Part shown: positions 41,738 through 54,569 of the stretch, one piece after another | Numbering within the stretch: position 1 is the stretch's first letter | Layout of the letters: every line of letters starts with the position of its first letter | NCBI RefSeq assembly: GCF_009914755.1 | Contig: NC_060933.1 | Reading direction: 5' to 3' (one strand) | DNA: 64,000 nucleotides | DNA from: the human T2T-CHM13v2.0 reference genome, Homo sapiens | Notes under the pieces: generated by a model | What the model saw: the letters and a program-made list of their open reading frames with translations, nothing else | Databases searched by the model: none | What the model was told of the DNA's origin: nothing | Translations under genes and position numbers: made by a program

Positions 41738-42178
41738 TAATAGAGGTAGGAGGAAGAGAAATTCTAGGCAGACAGGGGTGGCTGTCCAGTGAAATCCTAG
41801 CTTTAAACCAAAAAAAAAACAAACACAAAAAAAACTGGCCAAAAGTTAGAACTTCTATTCCTATTTGCTCGCCCTCTCCTGATTGATTTTTTCTGAATAA
41901 TGTCCTTTTACCAACTGAATGTTGCCTTTTCCAAAACTACCTATGGCCCACCCCACCCCCATCCTGTGCCTATAAAGAGCCCAGACTCAGTAAATAAAGG
42001 GGGAGATGCCTGGACTTCAAGGAGACAACTGGAATTTGGGGAAGAGATGGCCAAACTTCAGGGAAGAGGCAGTGGACTATGGAAGAGATGACCTGACTTC
42101 GGGGGAAGATGACCTGCCCATCCTGTCCCCTCTCCAGCTCTCCTCTCTGCTAAGAGCCATTTTCATTGTTTAATAAAA
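41738..42178 (+). mobile_element. ERV1 LTR (LTR1/LTR27/LTR28/MER52 group), 3'-truncated
   Basis: gagaaattctaggcagacagggg...ccaaaactacctatggccc...TATAAAG TATA box, short tandem gaagagatg repeats, AATAAA at the truncation point. Confidence 0.75.
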
Positions 42179-42311
42179 CCTATTTGTTTGCCTATTGCCT
42201 CTGGATGCTTTTTTGTTATGATAGCTGTGTTGAACAGTTGCAACAGAGACCATAAGGCTCACCACAACCTAATATATTTATCGTTTTTAGAGAAAGTTTG
42301 TTGATCCCTGT
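42179..42311. mobile_element. MER58-like (hAT-Charlie) fragment
   Basis: gttgaacagttgcaacagagaccata...aaagtttgttgatccctg. Confidence 0.7.
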
Positions 42312-42476
42312 TACAGGTTGTGCTAGGAGTTTTGTCTTTGTGAAAAAGTAATAGAATGCCATCATTTGTGTGGAAATGATGCCTCTTGTTATAATGTGGT
42401 GAACTCATTGAACAATTAGTAGATTGATTATGAAGCAATGAGGCAGTAGTTCAGATGAGAGATGAAGATGTATTAG

Positions 42477-45040
42477 GTGGTATCTCACTGTGGTTTTGAT
42501 TTGCATTGCACTAATGATTAGTGATGTTGAGCATTTTCATATGTTTATTGGCCACTTGTGTATCTTCTTTGAATAAATGTCTTCAGTTCCTCTGCTCATT
42601 TTTTAATTGGGTTTTTTTTTATGTTGAGGTGTACGAGTACTTTGTGTATTTTTGATATTTACCACTTGTCAGATATATGATTTGCAAATATTTTCTCTCA
42701 TTCTGTAGGTTACTTTTTCACTCTGTTGACAGTGCCCTTTGACACGCAGAAGTTAAGAATAACATAGTACAATTTATCAATTTTTTCTTTTGTACCCTGA
42801 AATTTTCATGTCATACACAAGAAATCATTAACAAATCCAATCTCATAAAGTTTTCCACTATGCTTCCTTTTAAGAATTTTATGTTTTTAACTCTCCCATT
42901 TAGGTCCTTTGATCCATTTTGAATTTTGACATATGATATAATGTAAGGATCCAAGTTCATTCTTTTGCATGTGAATATTCCAACACCATTTGCTGAAAAG
43001 ACTGTCCTTTCCTCATTGAATTGTCCTGGCATGCTGGTCTAAAATCATTTGACTATATATTCAACAGTTTATTTCTGGACTCTCTATTTGATTCCATTGG
43101 CTTATATATCTGTCTTATGCTAAATAGTACCATACTGTTTTGATTACTATAGCTTTGTAATAAGTTGTGAAAGCAAGAAGTGTGAGATCTTCAACCTTTT
43201 TCTTTTCAATATTGCTTTGTCTATTTAGGTCCCTTCAATCTCAAATGAATTTCAGGATGGATTTTCCTATGTATGCAAATAATACCATTGGGATTTTGAT
43301 AGAGATTACACTAAACCTATGGATGACTTTTGGTAGTATTGACATCTTAAATATCAAATATTCCAATCCATGAACATGAGCTGTCTTTCCATTTATTTGT
43401 GTCCTCTTTAACTTCTTTTCAGCAACATTTTGTGGCTTTCGGCATACAAGTCAAGTCTTTCACCTCGTTGTTAGGTTTTGTCCTAAGTATTTCTTTTTTT
43501 TTTTTTTTTGATGCTATTGTAAACGGAATTTTTAAAATTTCCTTTTCAGGTTGTTCTTTGTTAGTGTATAGAAACACAACTAATTTTTGCATGTTGATTT
43601 TGTATCCTGCCACTGAGCTGATTTCATTCATTAGTTCTAACAGTTTCTTTTTGGTGGAATCTTTAGGGTTTTCTACAGCAAAATCATATCAGTGAACAGA
43701 GATAACTTTACTTTTTCCTTTCCAGTTGGTTGCCTTTGATTTCTTTTTCTTGCTTAATTGCTCTGGCTAGGCCTTCCAGCACTATGTTAAACAGAAGTGG
43801 CAAAGTGGGCATTCTTGTCTTCTTTCTGATCTTGGAGGAAAAATCTTCAGTCTTCCACCAGTAAGTATAACACTGGCTATAGGCTTTTTATATATGAATT
43901 TTATTATGTTGAGGTAGTTTGCTTTTATTCCTAGTTTATTGCATAGTTTTTTATTTTTAATAAAATCTTGTTGAATCTTGTCAAGTACATTTTCTATAGG
44001 AATTGAGATGATCAGTAAATTTTTGTCTGTCATTCCATTCATGTGGTGGATTGCATTGTTTGATTTTTATATATTGAAATATTGTTCCATTCCAGGGATA
44101 AATTCTAATTGGTCATGGTATATCTCTTAGTCCATTTGTGTTGCTATAAAGGGATATTTAAGGCTAGGTAATTTATAAACAAAATTTGGCTCAGGGTTTG
44201 GTAGGCTGTGTAAGAAGCATAGTGCCAGCATCTGTTTCTGATGAGGGGTTCAGGCTGCTTTCACTCATAGAAAAAGGTGAAGGGAAGCCAGCATGTGCAG
44301 AGCTCACATGGCCAGAAAGGAGGCAAGAGAGAGAGAGAGGAGAAAGAGTTATCAGGCTCTTCTTAGCAACCAGCTCTTGTGGGAACTAGCAGAGCAAGAA
44401 TTCACTCATTACCACAAAGACGGCATTAAGCCATTCATGAAGAATCCAGCCCCATGACCCAAAGACCTCCCAACTAGGATTCACCTCCAACATTGGGGCT
44501 TAAATTTCAACCTGAGATTTGGAGGGGACAAACAAACCAAATCATTGCAGTGCACGATCCTTTACCTACACAATTGAATTCAGTTTGCTAACATTATGTT
44601 GAGGATTTCTGCACCAATGTTCATCAGGGATATTAATCTGTAGTTTTCTTATAGTGTCTTTGTGTGGCTTTGTTATTTGGATAATGCTAGCCTCATATAA
44701 TGACTTTGAAGTGTTCCCTCCTCTTCAATTTCTGGAAACATTTGAAGAGAACTGGTGTTAATTATTCTTTAAATGTATGGTAGAATGCACCAGTGAAGAC
44801 ATCTAGTGCTAGGCTTTTCTTTGTGGGGAGAATTCTGATTATTGATTCAATCTCTTTACTAGTCATAGGTCTGTTCAAATTTTCTTTTTCTTCATGATAC
44901 AGGCTTAATTGCTTGTACGTTTCTAGGAATTTATTTATTTAATTTAGATTATCTAATATTTTGGCATACAAATAATTCATATCCTTTTGTAATTCTTTTA
45001 ACCTCCAATTTGTAATCTTTGTTCAATTTATGAGTCCTTA
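42477..45040 (-). mobile_element. L1MA/MB ORF2 segment without a 3' tail
   Basis: Antisense ORF2; track ORFs such as [29 protein letters not shown] are L1 RT/C-terminal sequence. Confidence 0.88.
44123..44549 (-). mobile_element. MaLR solo LTR (MSTB-like) inside L1
   Basis: tcttagtccatttgtgttgctataaagg...aaatttcaacctgagatttggaggggac. Confidence 0.85.
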
Positions 45041-45094
45041 ATTGTCCAGTTTCATGTTGTGTATCATGGCTGGGCCAATGACTCTTTCCCTGCA

Positions 45095-46958
45095 TGGCCC
45101 CATGGGTTTCACCCCAGCCAGGGAGTCACACCCACACTCCTAAGAGCCAGACCACCATTAGAGCTACTATGGCCACTGTCATGAAGGTGTTTTAGAATAA
45201 GGTGTTGTGGTAGTGATGGAGAAATGTGGCTGGCTTGAGGTTTGTTTAAGAGGAAAAATAAAACATTTAGTGATTAATTGGATATGTGAAATGAAGGAGA
45301 AAAGAGGTCAGAGAAGACTTGTGATTTCTGGCTCATGCAACCAGAGAGAAAGCAATATCATCCACTGAGTTAGGGGATGGTTGAAGGAGGACCAGTGTAT
45401 TGCTTATTGATTTTCACTCTGGGGAGGAGATTATGAGTTAAATTTGGATGTACCAATTTTGAAGTTACTTTTAAATATCCAAGAGAAGATATATATTAGA
45501 AAGTTGGATATACAATTCTGGCATTTAAAGAATTCTAATTACATATACATCTTCTCCTGCGGGTTATTAAAAAATTTAGAACCAACCCTAAGAGATAAAT
45601 AAAGATGAAAGTCCAGGATCAGAATTATTCTGAAAACATTAGATATGAAGACTTCTTCTCTTTGGGATTCGATCTCCCCCAACATAAAGCAGAGAAACTA
45701 GAGAAAGGCAGGAGTGCTCTACAGGCAGGTATCAGATGGACACAGAAGAGCTGGAGGAGGAAAACATATTCCACTGATGATGGACCACTCCAAGAGAAAA
45801 AGAAATAGACAAGATTCAGGGCTATTCATGAACAAGAACTTCAACACCAATTATCTCCCCCAATATAGGAAGCTATCACCAGTGAATGCCAGATTCTCAC
45901 TGAATTTACCAAACAGGCAAGCTATTTCTCTATCCAAGGGAGAAACGGCAAGGCAGAGGGAGGAGCCAGAAGTGTTTGTTCTGATACTGTTCTGTGTTAG
46001 GGAATGGAGACTGAAATACCATTTCCTTTACGGCAATGTGAGGCATTGTGGTAGGGGAAATTGAGTGGCTAAAGGTTTCCCTTTAATAAAATAAACCGAA
46101 ATCATATAAAGAACAAAGAATAGGTATTTGAGTTCAAAATTATTTTGTTACATTCTAATTTTAGAAAGGAGAAACTATGGAGTTCAGTTTATATAAAAGA
46201 AAATAATTAATATAATTACATTTTTAATAAGCAAAGATGATGGTATATTAATGGACATAAAAATATTATAAGAAATCTATACATGGCTGCCTAGAAGTAG
46301 CATTCCAGGGCTTGGCCATTGTCATGAGCCAAGTGTTCGTGGAAAGAGAAAACCTCCACAGCCTGAACTTAACCAACAATAATAAAGCCTAAATACCTTT
46401 ATCTCTTGAGAATATTCACTGTGGTGAATAGCAGGTATAATGTAATTGATCTACTAGGAAATATCTTATAAGACTTTTTTAAGTACGGCTGCAAAACAGT
46501 TCCACTCTTACTTAGCTATTATTCCATTACAGAGCTACTATAGAGCTGAATTTTGAGCTCTTACTACTGTGCTGGTTAATCACTGATTGACTATATTTTC
46601 AGTGGGAAAATAATAGATATCTTGTTATAAAGTTAAACAGCCTTTTATATAAGTAATATCTTTTGTTAGTAATGCTAATGGGGAATTTTCTTTTATAATT
46701 TTGATTTTTGCCTTCTAGTTGTTCATAAACTCAAAATGTATGCATATTTGTTGTTAAAACTCAAACATTATGAAGGTAGACACAGCATCAGAATACTGTG
46801 TGGTATTCAGAACTTAGTACCAGCCACTTCTCTCCATCTCCATCAATACCTTATTCTAAAACATCTTCATGACAGTGGCCGTATAGTAGCTCAGACAGTG
46901 GTCTAGCTTCTGGGAGTGTTGATGTGACCCACTGACTGGAGTGAATCCCATGGGGCCA
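45095..46958. repeat. Inverted duplication: 45095-45233 vs 46820-46958
   Basis: The reverse complement of 46820-46958 aligns end to end with 45095-45233 at about 80% identity (shared core ggccactgtcatgaagRtgttttagaataaggt). Confidence 0.92.
45181..45540 (-). mobile_element. L2 fragment
   Basis: gatggagaaatgtgg...tggatatgtgaaatgaaggag...atttctggctcatgcaacc. Confidence 0.7.
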
Positions 46959-48003
46959 ATTTTTGCACCTTCTAGAAGGCATTTCACCTTCTCCCTCTCT
47001 CTCTCCAGAGTATCATAATTCACAGTTCCCACCGTATAGCTTTACAGAACTTTATTCATGCATTTACACATTTATATAGCTTTTTTAACATAAGGAAAAT
47101 CATACTATGTGGTACTAATATTTTCAATATTTCTCTTGCTACTATTTTTATTTAACTTGTTTTTTTTCACCCCACCTAAGCCTCCAAATTGGCACATACA
47201 GAACTGCTTGGTTAACTGTAACAATTGCAAGGTAATATTTAGCACTGTGTGAGCACAAGATGTTTTGTAGTATTCAGAACCCAAAACAACATTTTTATAA
47301 AAATCCTTAGCATAATATTGGCAGACCTTTGGAAATAACTATTTTAGCTGTATGTTGAAACTACAGGCCGGTTTCTATAATTAATATCACAAGAGAGACA
47401 GTGGAACTTAATAGAAAGACCATTGGAACAGAATGAGCCCTTGAACTAACTTAGTCATTTGACCTTCTGGGACTTACTGTCCTTATTTGTAAACTAGAAG
47501 ACGTTGGTCCAGATTTTTTCTAATAGTCCTGCTAGCTCTAGAATGGTATATATATATACAGTATTGGAATTCCTAGTTTTCATTAAGAACATTTCCTATT
47601 TGGCAAGTGTTAAATACCTACCTTCACTCAACACTATGGGCAAGCTGAGTAACAAAAATATATGTTATCTGTTGTGCATGTCAGATATTCATTGGTAAAT
47701 TACTTGTTCTGATATCTTCTTCAATGATTGCCTCCAACAATAAATATTTCCCAAAAAGTACTGGCGCCATTTTAGATATTGAGCTCAATTTAAAATAAAG
47801 AAATTAAGAACCGGAGTAGAAATTCAAGTATAAGTGGTTAGAGGGATAAAATCAAGTGAACTAAAATAAAAATTTATGTTTAAAGTGAAGAGGGACTGTC
47901 CCTTTAGTTGTGGTAAATACATGCAGGAGAAAAAAACACAAAGATGTATGGAAATCATATGGGGGAGAATTAAATGTTTGGGTAATTGCTGGGGAATGAA
48001 ACT

Positions 48004-48054
48004 ATGGCGTCATTCCGCTTCCTGGAAAAGAACTGCTGCTCCCCCTTGCGGCAA
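48004..48054 (-). promoter_or_regulatory. CTCF motif with adjacent ETS, STAT (GAS) and half-CRE motifs
   Basis: Minus strand 48036-48054 TTGCCGCAAGGGGGAGCAG fits the CTCF core; TTCCTGGAA at 48019-48027; CAGGAAGCGG on the minus strand; locally retained CpGs. Confidence 0.6.
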
Positions 48055-49303
48055 GTGTGAAAAGCTGGCATCCTGTTAAAAAAAGTATTTCATTCTAACG
48101 CAGTGATACAAGATCTGTTTGAGTTATAGTGACACGCTGCTTTGAAGCGGGAAATAAATGGCATACGTAGGCAACTCAAGTAATGATTCTATCCCAGATA
48201 TAGGCTTAATGTCACCAAAAGAAAAGGATAGAGGATGTTAGGTTGTGGCTAGAGAGACCACAAAGGCTGACTGTGGTCAACACATGTAATTGGTTAGTCA
48301 ACACCTACTTAACAAATATGTGTTAAGTTAATGTCAACAATTTTGTAAGTTTGAGAAGAGTCAGTACTGAGAATAGTACAAGGTAATATCAAACAGTCAT
48401 TTTTCAAAAGTGTGTCACTCAGCTGGAAAGATAAAATATGAAATAGCCACAAGGAGACAGTTAATTACAAGTAGATTCCGTACCATACTGAATGACTTAG
48501 AACAGAGAGATTATTATTGTTAGAGAAGAATCGCCAGAGGAGAGAGGCTTTTAATGAATCATGTAGAAAAGCATAATAAGCAGGAAAATAGTCAATATTG
48601 TTAGAGTTTTATCTGTATAAACTAAAAGCAAGAAAGAGTACCTAGGGCCAGATTAAACAACCTTGCACTAAGTGCTTTGGATTTTATCCCATTTATTTTA
48701 TAGATGAATGATTGTATAGATGAATAGAGAAGTGGCATATGGCCAAATGTTTCAGGAAGTTTAATCTGGGAAAATGTATGCTATAAATTTCTCTTAAGTA
48801 CATGTAAATTTAAATGTTTAAAAGAGGTGTTATTATTAAAAAGTAAAGTTGTACCTCTCTAGTCCATCATTCCCTATTCCCTTACTCTGCTTTTTTCATA
48901 TAATTTATTACTACCTGACATTATATTATTATATATGTGTTTTCTGTTTGCTTGTATCACTAACTGGCTGTAAGTTTCATGAGGGTAGGGGCTCTGTTGC
49001 TTGTGTTTACTGTTGTATCCCTAACTTCTAAGATAGGATATTTGATAAATAAATGGTGGGCATTTGATAAATATTTGTTAATATTATAAATAAATCTGTA
49101 TTGAAAAACAAGAGGCTTGAGGCAGGAAGAACAATTGTCTGTTTATCAAGATGGTAAAACTTGCTCTTGGAGAGAGGAAGGAAATGAGGATAAAAAAGAG
49201 ACATTCAATATTTTGAAGAATGAATAAACTAGACTTGATAACTCACTGAATGTGGCTGATGAGGAAGAAAGAAGAATCTCAAATTGCTGAGGCTTCAAGA
49301 TTA

Positions 49304-49666
<363 letters not shown>

Positions 49667-51461
49667 CTATATCTATATAGGGGCAGTCAGTTGGGAAGCA
49701 TGTTTTGGTGAGATAACAGATTAAACTTTTGACTCAGAAAGTCTGAGTTGAGGGACAGTTAGAGATATCTGATTAGAGTCCGGGTGACAGGGCAGAGTTG
49801 GAGATTTTGCCTTATGGTAGGGATGATAGTTAAAGTCATGAGTTTAGATAAGATTTCTGTGGGACAAACTCTAGATGCAGCGAGAAAGAAGACAGAAAAA
49901 TAAACCCTATGCCTATTTAAGCCATCTTGAAAACTGTCCTGAAAACCGAATTCTGGCCCATTCATTATTTATGCATTCATCCCACACATATATCTTGAGT
50001 TCTGCATAATAAAAATGATATGAGGATTATAAGGAACTCACAACTTAGTAGTAGAGACAAACAAAAAGGGAAGATTCACACACGTTTTTTCTAAATAAAT
50101 CAGCCACCCTGTCTCCAGCCAACTGTGGACCTACTGTCAGACCTTAGGATCTTTCAAAACAAGCCGAATTTTATGAGACAATTTCTAATACCAAAATATA
50201 GGATATTAATTAAAATGTGTGGGCCAAAACAAAACATGTTTGTTAGCCAGATTTAACGTGCAGCCCATCCTAACATATTTGCAATCAGGAAGACAGCCTT
50301 TTCTCTACCTTACCTCTTAAATTAGACAATCTAAGGGGAGAATGCTTTTAGTCCCGTGAGAATCAGATTTAACATTTAACAATTTAGTAGCAAGGGACAT
50401 TTTAGGAAAGTCTGGTATACTGGTAGGTAGGATCATTCTTATTAGTACGTCTTTACTCATTTATTTATTTAACAAATACAGCCTATACTACCTGGTAGGA
50501 ACTCAGTATATAATGGTGATCAAATTAGAAACATCGATGTTTTGTTCAGGGAAATTTCATCAGATAGGAAAAGATTTAGGGCCATTACCAATGGAAGGAA
50601 GAACTCTAAGAGCTGAAATAAATAACTACTATGTTGGCTGAAACTGCTTTAATATTAATGAGAAAGTTGGGCATAGGGAAGACCATTCCTAGTGAAGCAT
50701 TTTTCTATCTGTGTGTATTGCCTGGGGTGGGAGGATGGTGAAAATGGCCCTAAAAATACATAATATGGATAGAAAAGAGAGACAATGAATGAATAATAAA
50801 ATATATCACATTTGTTTCTTGTAGGAAATAGCTGCAAAGAATCAGTTTGAAATGAAAACTTATTAAACCAGTGGCTTTCAATTTCTCTGGATTATGTCAT
50901 AGTAAAAAAAATTATTTTCCCTTTCCATAGTGTACACAAGAGCAGACACACACTTAGGTGTATACACACACACTAAAACCAAATTTTACGTTAATATTTA
51001 CATTTACTATATATGACACCTTGAGATATTTTCCATTGTTTTATTTTGGTTTTTAAAGGCACTTATCATGACCTTATAATGAGTCAAACCCTCCTCTTTG
51101 AAAACAGTGGACTAAATAAAACGGACACATGTCACTGTATATCAGTCCTTACTTCTTCTCAATGGGCACCATGGATTTTCCAGGATGAGGTCCAGAAAGT
51201 GTACAGTAGGATCTGAGATACAGTATGATTCTTATACTATGAAGTTATAGTCAGAATTGGATAATTTCCTTATTTATTCTTTTTGATGCAATACCACTTT
51301 ATATCAAGATGCTGTGCTTATTTTCAGGAACTTCTTACTTTTACCAGTCAAGTCAATCATAATATTTTAAGAATACACAAACTGAAATTTTATGATGGAG
51401 GATATCCGGTGTAAATTTATGTTTCTATTTGTAGAACATGTTTGCATTTAAAGATATGCAT

Positions 51462-51790
51462 GGCTGCATGTGGTGGCTCGCGGCCGTAACCCCAGCACTT
51501 CGGGGAGGCTGAGGCAGGAGTATCACTTGAAGCCAGGAATTTGAGACTCAGCCTGGGCAGCAAAGTGAGATTCCATCTCTACAAAAAAATAAAAATTAAA
51601 AAAAAAAAGCTGGATGTAGTGGTGCACACCTGTAGTCCTAGCTACTCAGAAGGCTGAGTTGGGAAGATTGCATGAGCCCAGGAGTTCAAAGCTGCAGTGA
51701 GCTATGATCGCACCACTGCACTCCAGCCTGTGTGACAAAATGAAATCCTGTCTCAAGTAAAGAAAAAAAAAGAAAAAAGAAAAAAAGGAA
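51462..51790 (+). mobile_element. AluJ
   Basis: J-type gagcccaggagttcaaagctgcagtgagctatgatc. Confidence 0.92.
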
Positions 51791-52574
51791 AAGGATACTC
51801 ATGACCAAAACATCAAAAATAATTTACAGTATTAAGTGATTATTGCTTTAAGTTTCAATTTGCATGGTAATGGTGACATTAGAAAAAGTAGCCCAAGGCA
51901 CATAGAATTTGAAAATACACAGGTCTCTCTTTAGGGCTCTTATGATTAATGTTGGCTCATGCTACTATTTTTTAAATCTACTTAGCTAACCTGTTGAATT
52001 TTGAAATAATTAGGAAAGCAGGGTATTATATAGAAATTGCCACCTATGCACAAAGCTTTCAGGAGTTGAATTTCTGGAATTTGATTCGGTTTATATTATG
52101 TTCTTTAGAAAATGTAAATTGAAATACTATAGAGTAAAACTGATATTTTCATATTATGTAACAAGTCTTTAAGACAGAAACCAAGACAGAAGCCAAATAA
52201 GCAAGTGAGGGACCATATAATTGGTGACACAAGACATACAAAATAGATTTAGATAAAGTTTTCCATCAGTCCAAATTTTTGAATTGCATTTCCCACGTAA
52301 TAGATAATAAACATGTGGATTCTATAATGGGTTTACACTATGATGTCATTTGATTTCCCTGCTCTTACATTCTATCATGTGGCAGAGGCTAGAGCAAACC
52401 TTCAGTGATATTTACAGAAACCATTAACTTTGTTAAAGATACCTTAGGAGAAATTAGTAATTGTTTGTGATGTTATGAGTGGAGGTTGAGAATGTAGTCT
52501 TGGGATTCCTGCTGAAATTCAAATCCTGGCCCCAACTTTAATTGGCTGTGCAACTGTGTAGAGCTACCTACTTC

Positions 52575-53040
52575 CATTTGGTTTTTCTGACAAAAATGCA
52601 CAACCTGAACCTAGTCATGAAGAAACAACAGACAAAGCCATATTTAACGACAGCCTAACAAAGAATTAGCCTGTACTCTTCTGAAGTGTGAAGGTTATGA
52701 GAGACAAAGGCTAACTTGCAAAACTATTCTAGATTGAAGGAGTTTATAGAAACACGACGACTAAATGCAACGTGCTTCTGCTATAAAGAATATTATTAGG
52801 CAAATTAAAGAAAACAATATTATTTTATCAATGTTAATTTTCTGATTTTAATAATTATACTATGGTTATATAAGAGAATTTTTTCATTTTTTGGAAATAT
52901 ACTCTGAAATAGAGGTAACAGGGTGGCATGTCTGTTACTTACCTGTAAAAATTTAGAGAAAGAAAATGATAAAGCTAAGGTGAAATGAAATGTTACCATT
53001 TGGGGAAAACGTTTGATGAATATATTCTTGCAAATATACC
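52575..53040 (+). mobile_element. L1MC4/5-like 3' end, inserted into a MIR
   Basis: caaaaatgcacaacctgaacctagtcatgaagaaaca...actaaatgcaacgtg...atcaatgttaattttctgatttt. Confidence 0.72.
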
Positions 53041-53075
53041 ATTGGACCACAGTCAACTGTTCTTTAAAAAAATGG

Positions 53076-53213
53076 CCTACTCGGGAGGCTGAGGCAGAAG
53101 AATTGCTTGAACCCGGGAGGCAGAGTTTGCAGTGAGCCGAGATTGCGCCACTGCACTTCAGCCTGGGAGACAGAGTGAGACTCTATCTCATTAAAAAAAA
53201 AAAAAAAAAAAAA
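53076..53213 (+). mobile_element. 5'-truncated Alu (right arm) with long poly-A
   Basis: ctactcgggaggctgaggcag...poly-A. Confidence 0.92.
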
Positions 53214-54569
53214 GGCATAATTATACTGAACATAAAAAGCTCTTACTAAGGATTAAATGAGATAATGTATGCAATGCTGAGAATTCTAAAGTTTTGTGAA
53301 AAGGTGCACTGAAGGGCTTATTGGTGGTAGGGGTGGGGAAACACGGCAAGAGGCAGGCCGTTAAAAACATACTCTTCTTTGTAAGCAGAGTACTAACATA
53401 AAAAATCTAAAATTCCAATAAAAATTTCAATAAAAATTTCAACACAGTTAAACCTCCAGTGGCAGTTTCACCCTTTGCAGCCTTTTACCATGGGCTTATA
53501 GTTTCTCCTCCAAATGTAACTCAAAGAGGTCCTTCATTTTTAATGGAACAATTTCTTCAAAATAAAAAAATAGACTTCTTAATCACCACTTTAAAATTTT
53601 TAACACAAGAGTAACTGTCTTTGGAGAGTCTTCATGTGCACTCTTAGTTTCACCAAATAGCTAACTAGGTGGACAGCAGGCTATTGGAGGATTTTCAGGA
53701 TTTAAGCTTTCCCCCCTCCTTTACATTTTCATGTACTGATAATGATTCTCTTTAACTGAGAAAAAGTTTACCCCTGCTTACTTCAAAACATTAATATGTT
53801 AGTGGAAATCACAAATTTAGTGAACCTACTTCTTCTTTACAAAAAAACACGATTCCTCTAGCAGATATAAGCAAATTTCGTTTATGGAAACATGTTTTAT
53901 GTTAACAGACTGTATTATTTCCTAAGTAGGAAGAATAAAAAGCATAAATTTTATTAAGAGCACATGGTTAAACATGGGCAATTTGAAACTGGAATAGTAT
54001 TATTAAGAAGTAGAATAGGCTCTAATTAGAGTCTTAGAAAAAATAAAATCATAATGGACCATCTTTTCCTAAAATGAGTGAGTCCTTCTTAGAACAGACG
54101 AATTAGATGTGTTCTTCAGTTTGTTTCCAGCCTTCTAAACCAATTCACTGTATTTTCAAGTAAAATCCAGACTTATTAGTGTAGTAACAGTAAGCACTCC
54201 TCAGGTCAAGTATTCTTTAAAATTGTCTTTATAAAAGAAGAGCGACTTTTATATTCATTTAAGAAAATTTCAAATATTCTAATGCTGCCATTTTAAAATA
54301 AAGGATTAAAAAAGAGTCTTGGTTTACTCAGCTCTAAAATGTTTAGCAGTAATACATGAATAAAGGATTAAGCTAAAAAGAAATGTTTTTGCAATCAACA
54401 AGAGGAGATGCTTGGAAAAGAAGTTTAACCACATGCCCAGTTTCTCTAGTTATTCCACAGCAACAGCTGAATGAGAAACATATAATATGTAACATGGAAC
54501 TGTATTATGATGTTATAAACTGGAAAGGAAGCCCAATGTGTGCAGAATTTTTTTCAGTTGAGAGTTTCA

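Noticed and set aside
45605-46064. Overlapping purine-rich ORFs (67 and 116 aa)
   Set aside because: No domain and no convincing acceptor; could be an unrecognised old repeat.
46876-46958. tRNA/SINE-like A box (TAGCTCAGACAGTGG) and B-box-like GGAGTGAATCCC in the inverted repeat
   Set aside because: No cloverleaf, poor B box, and the motifs are weaker in the other copy; at most an old SINE remnant.
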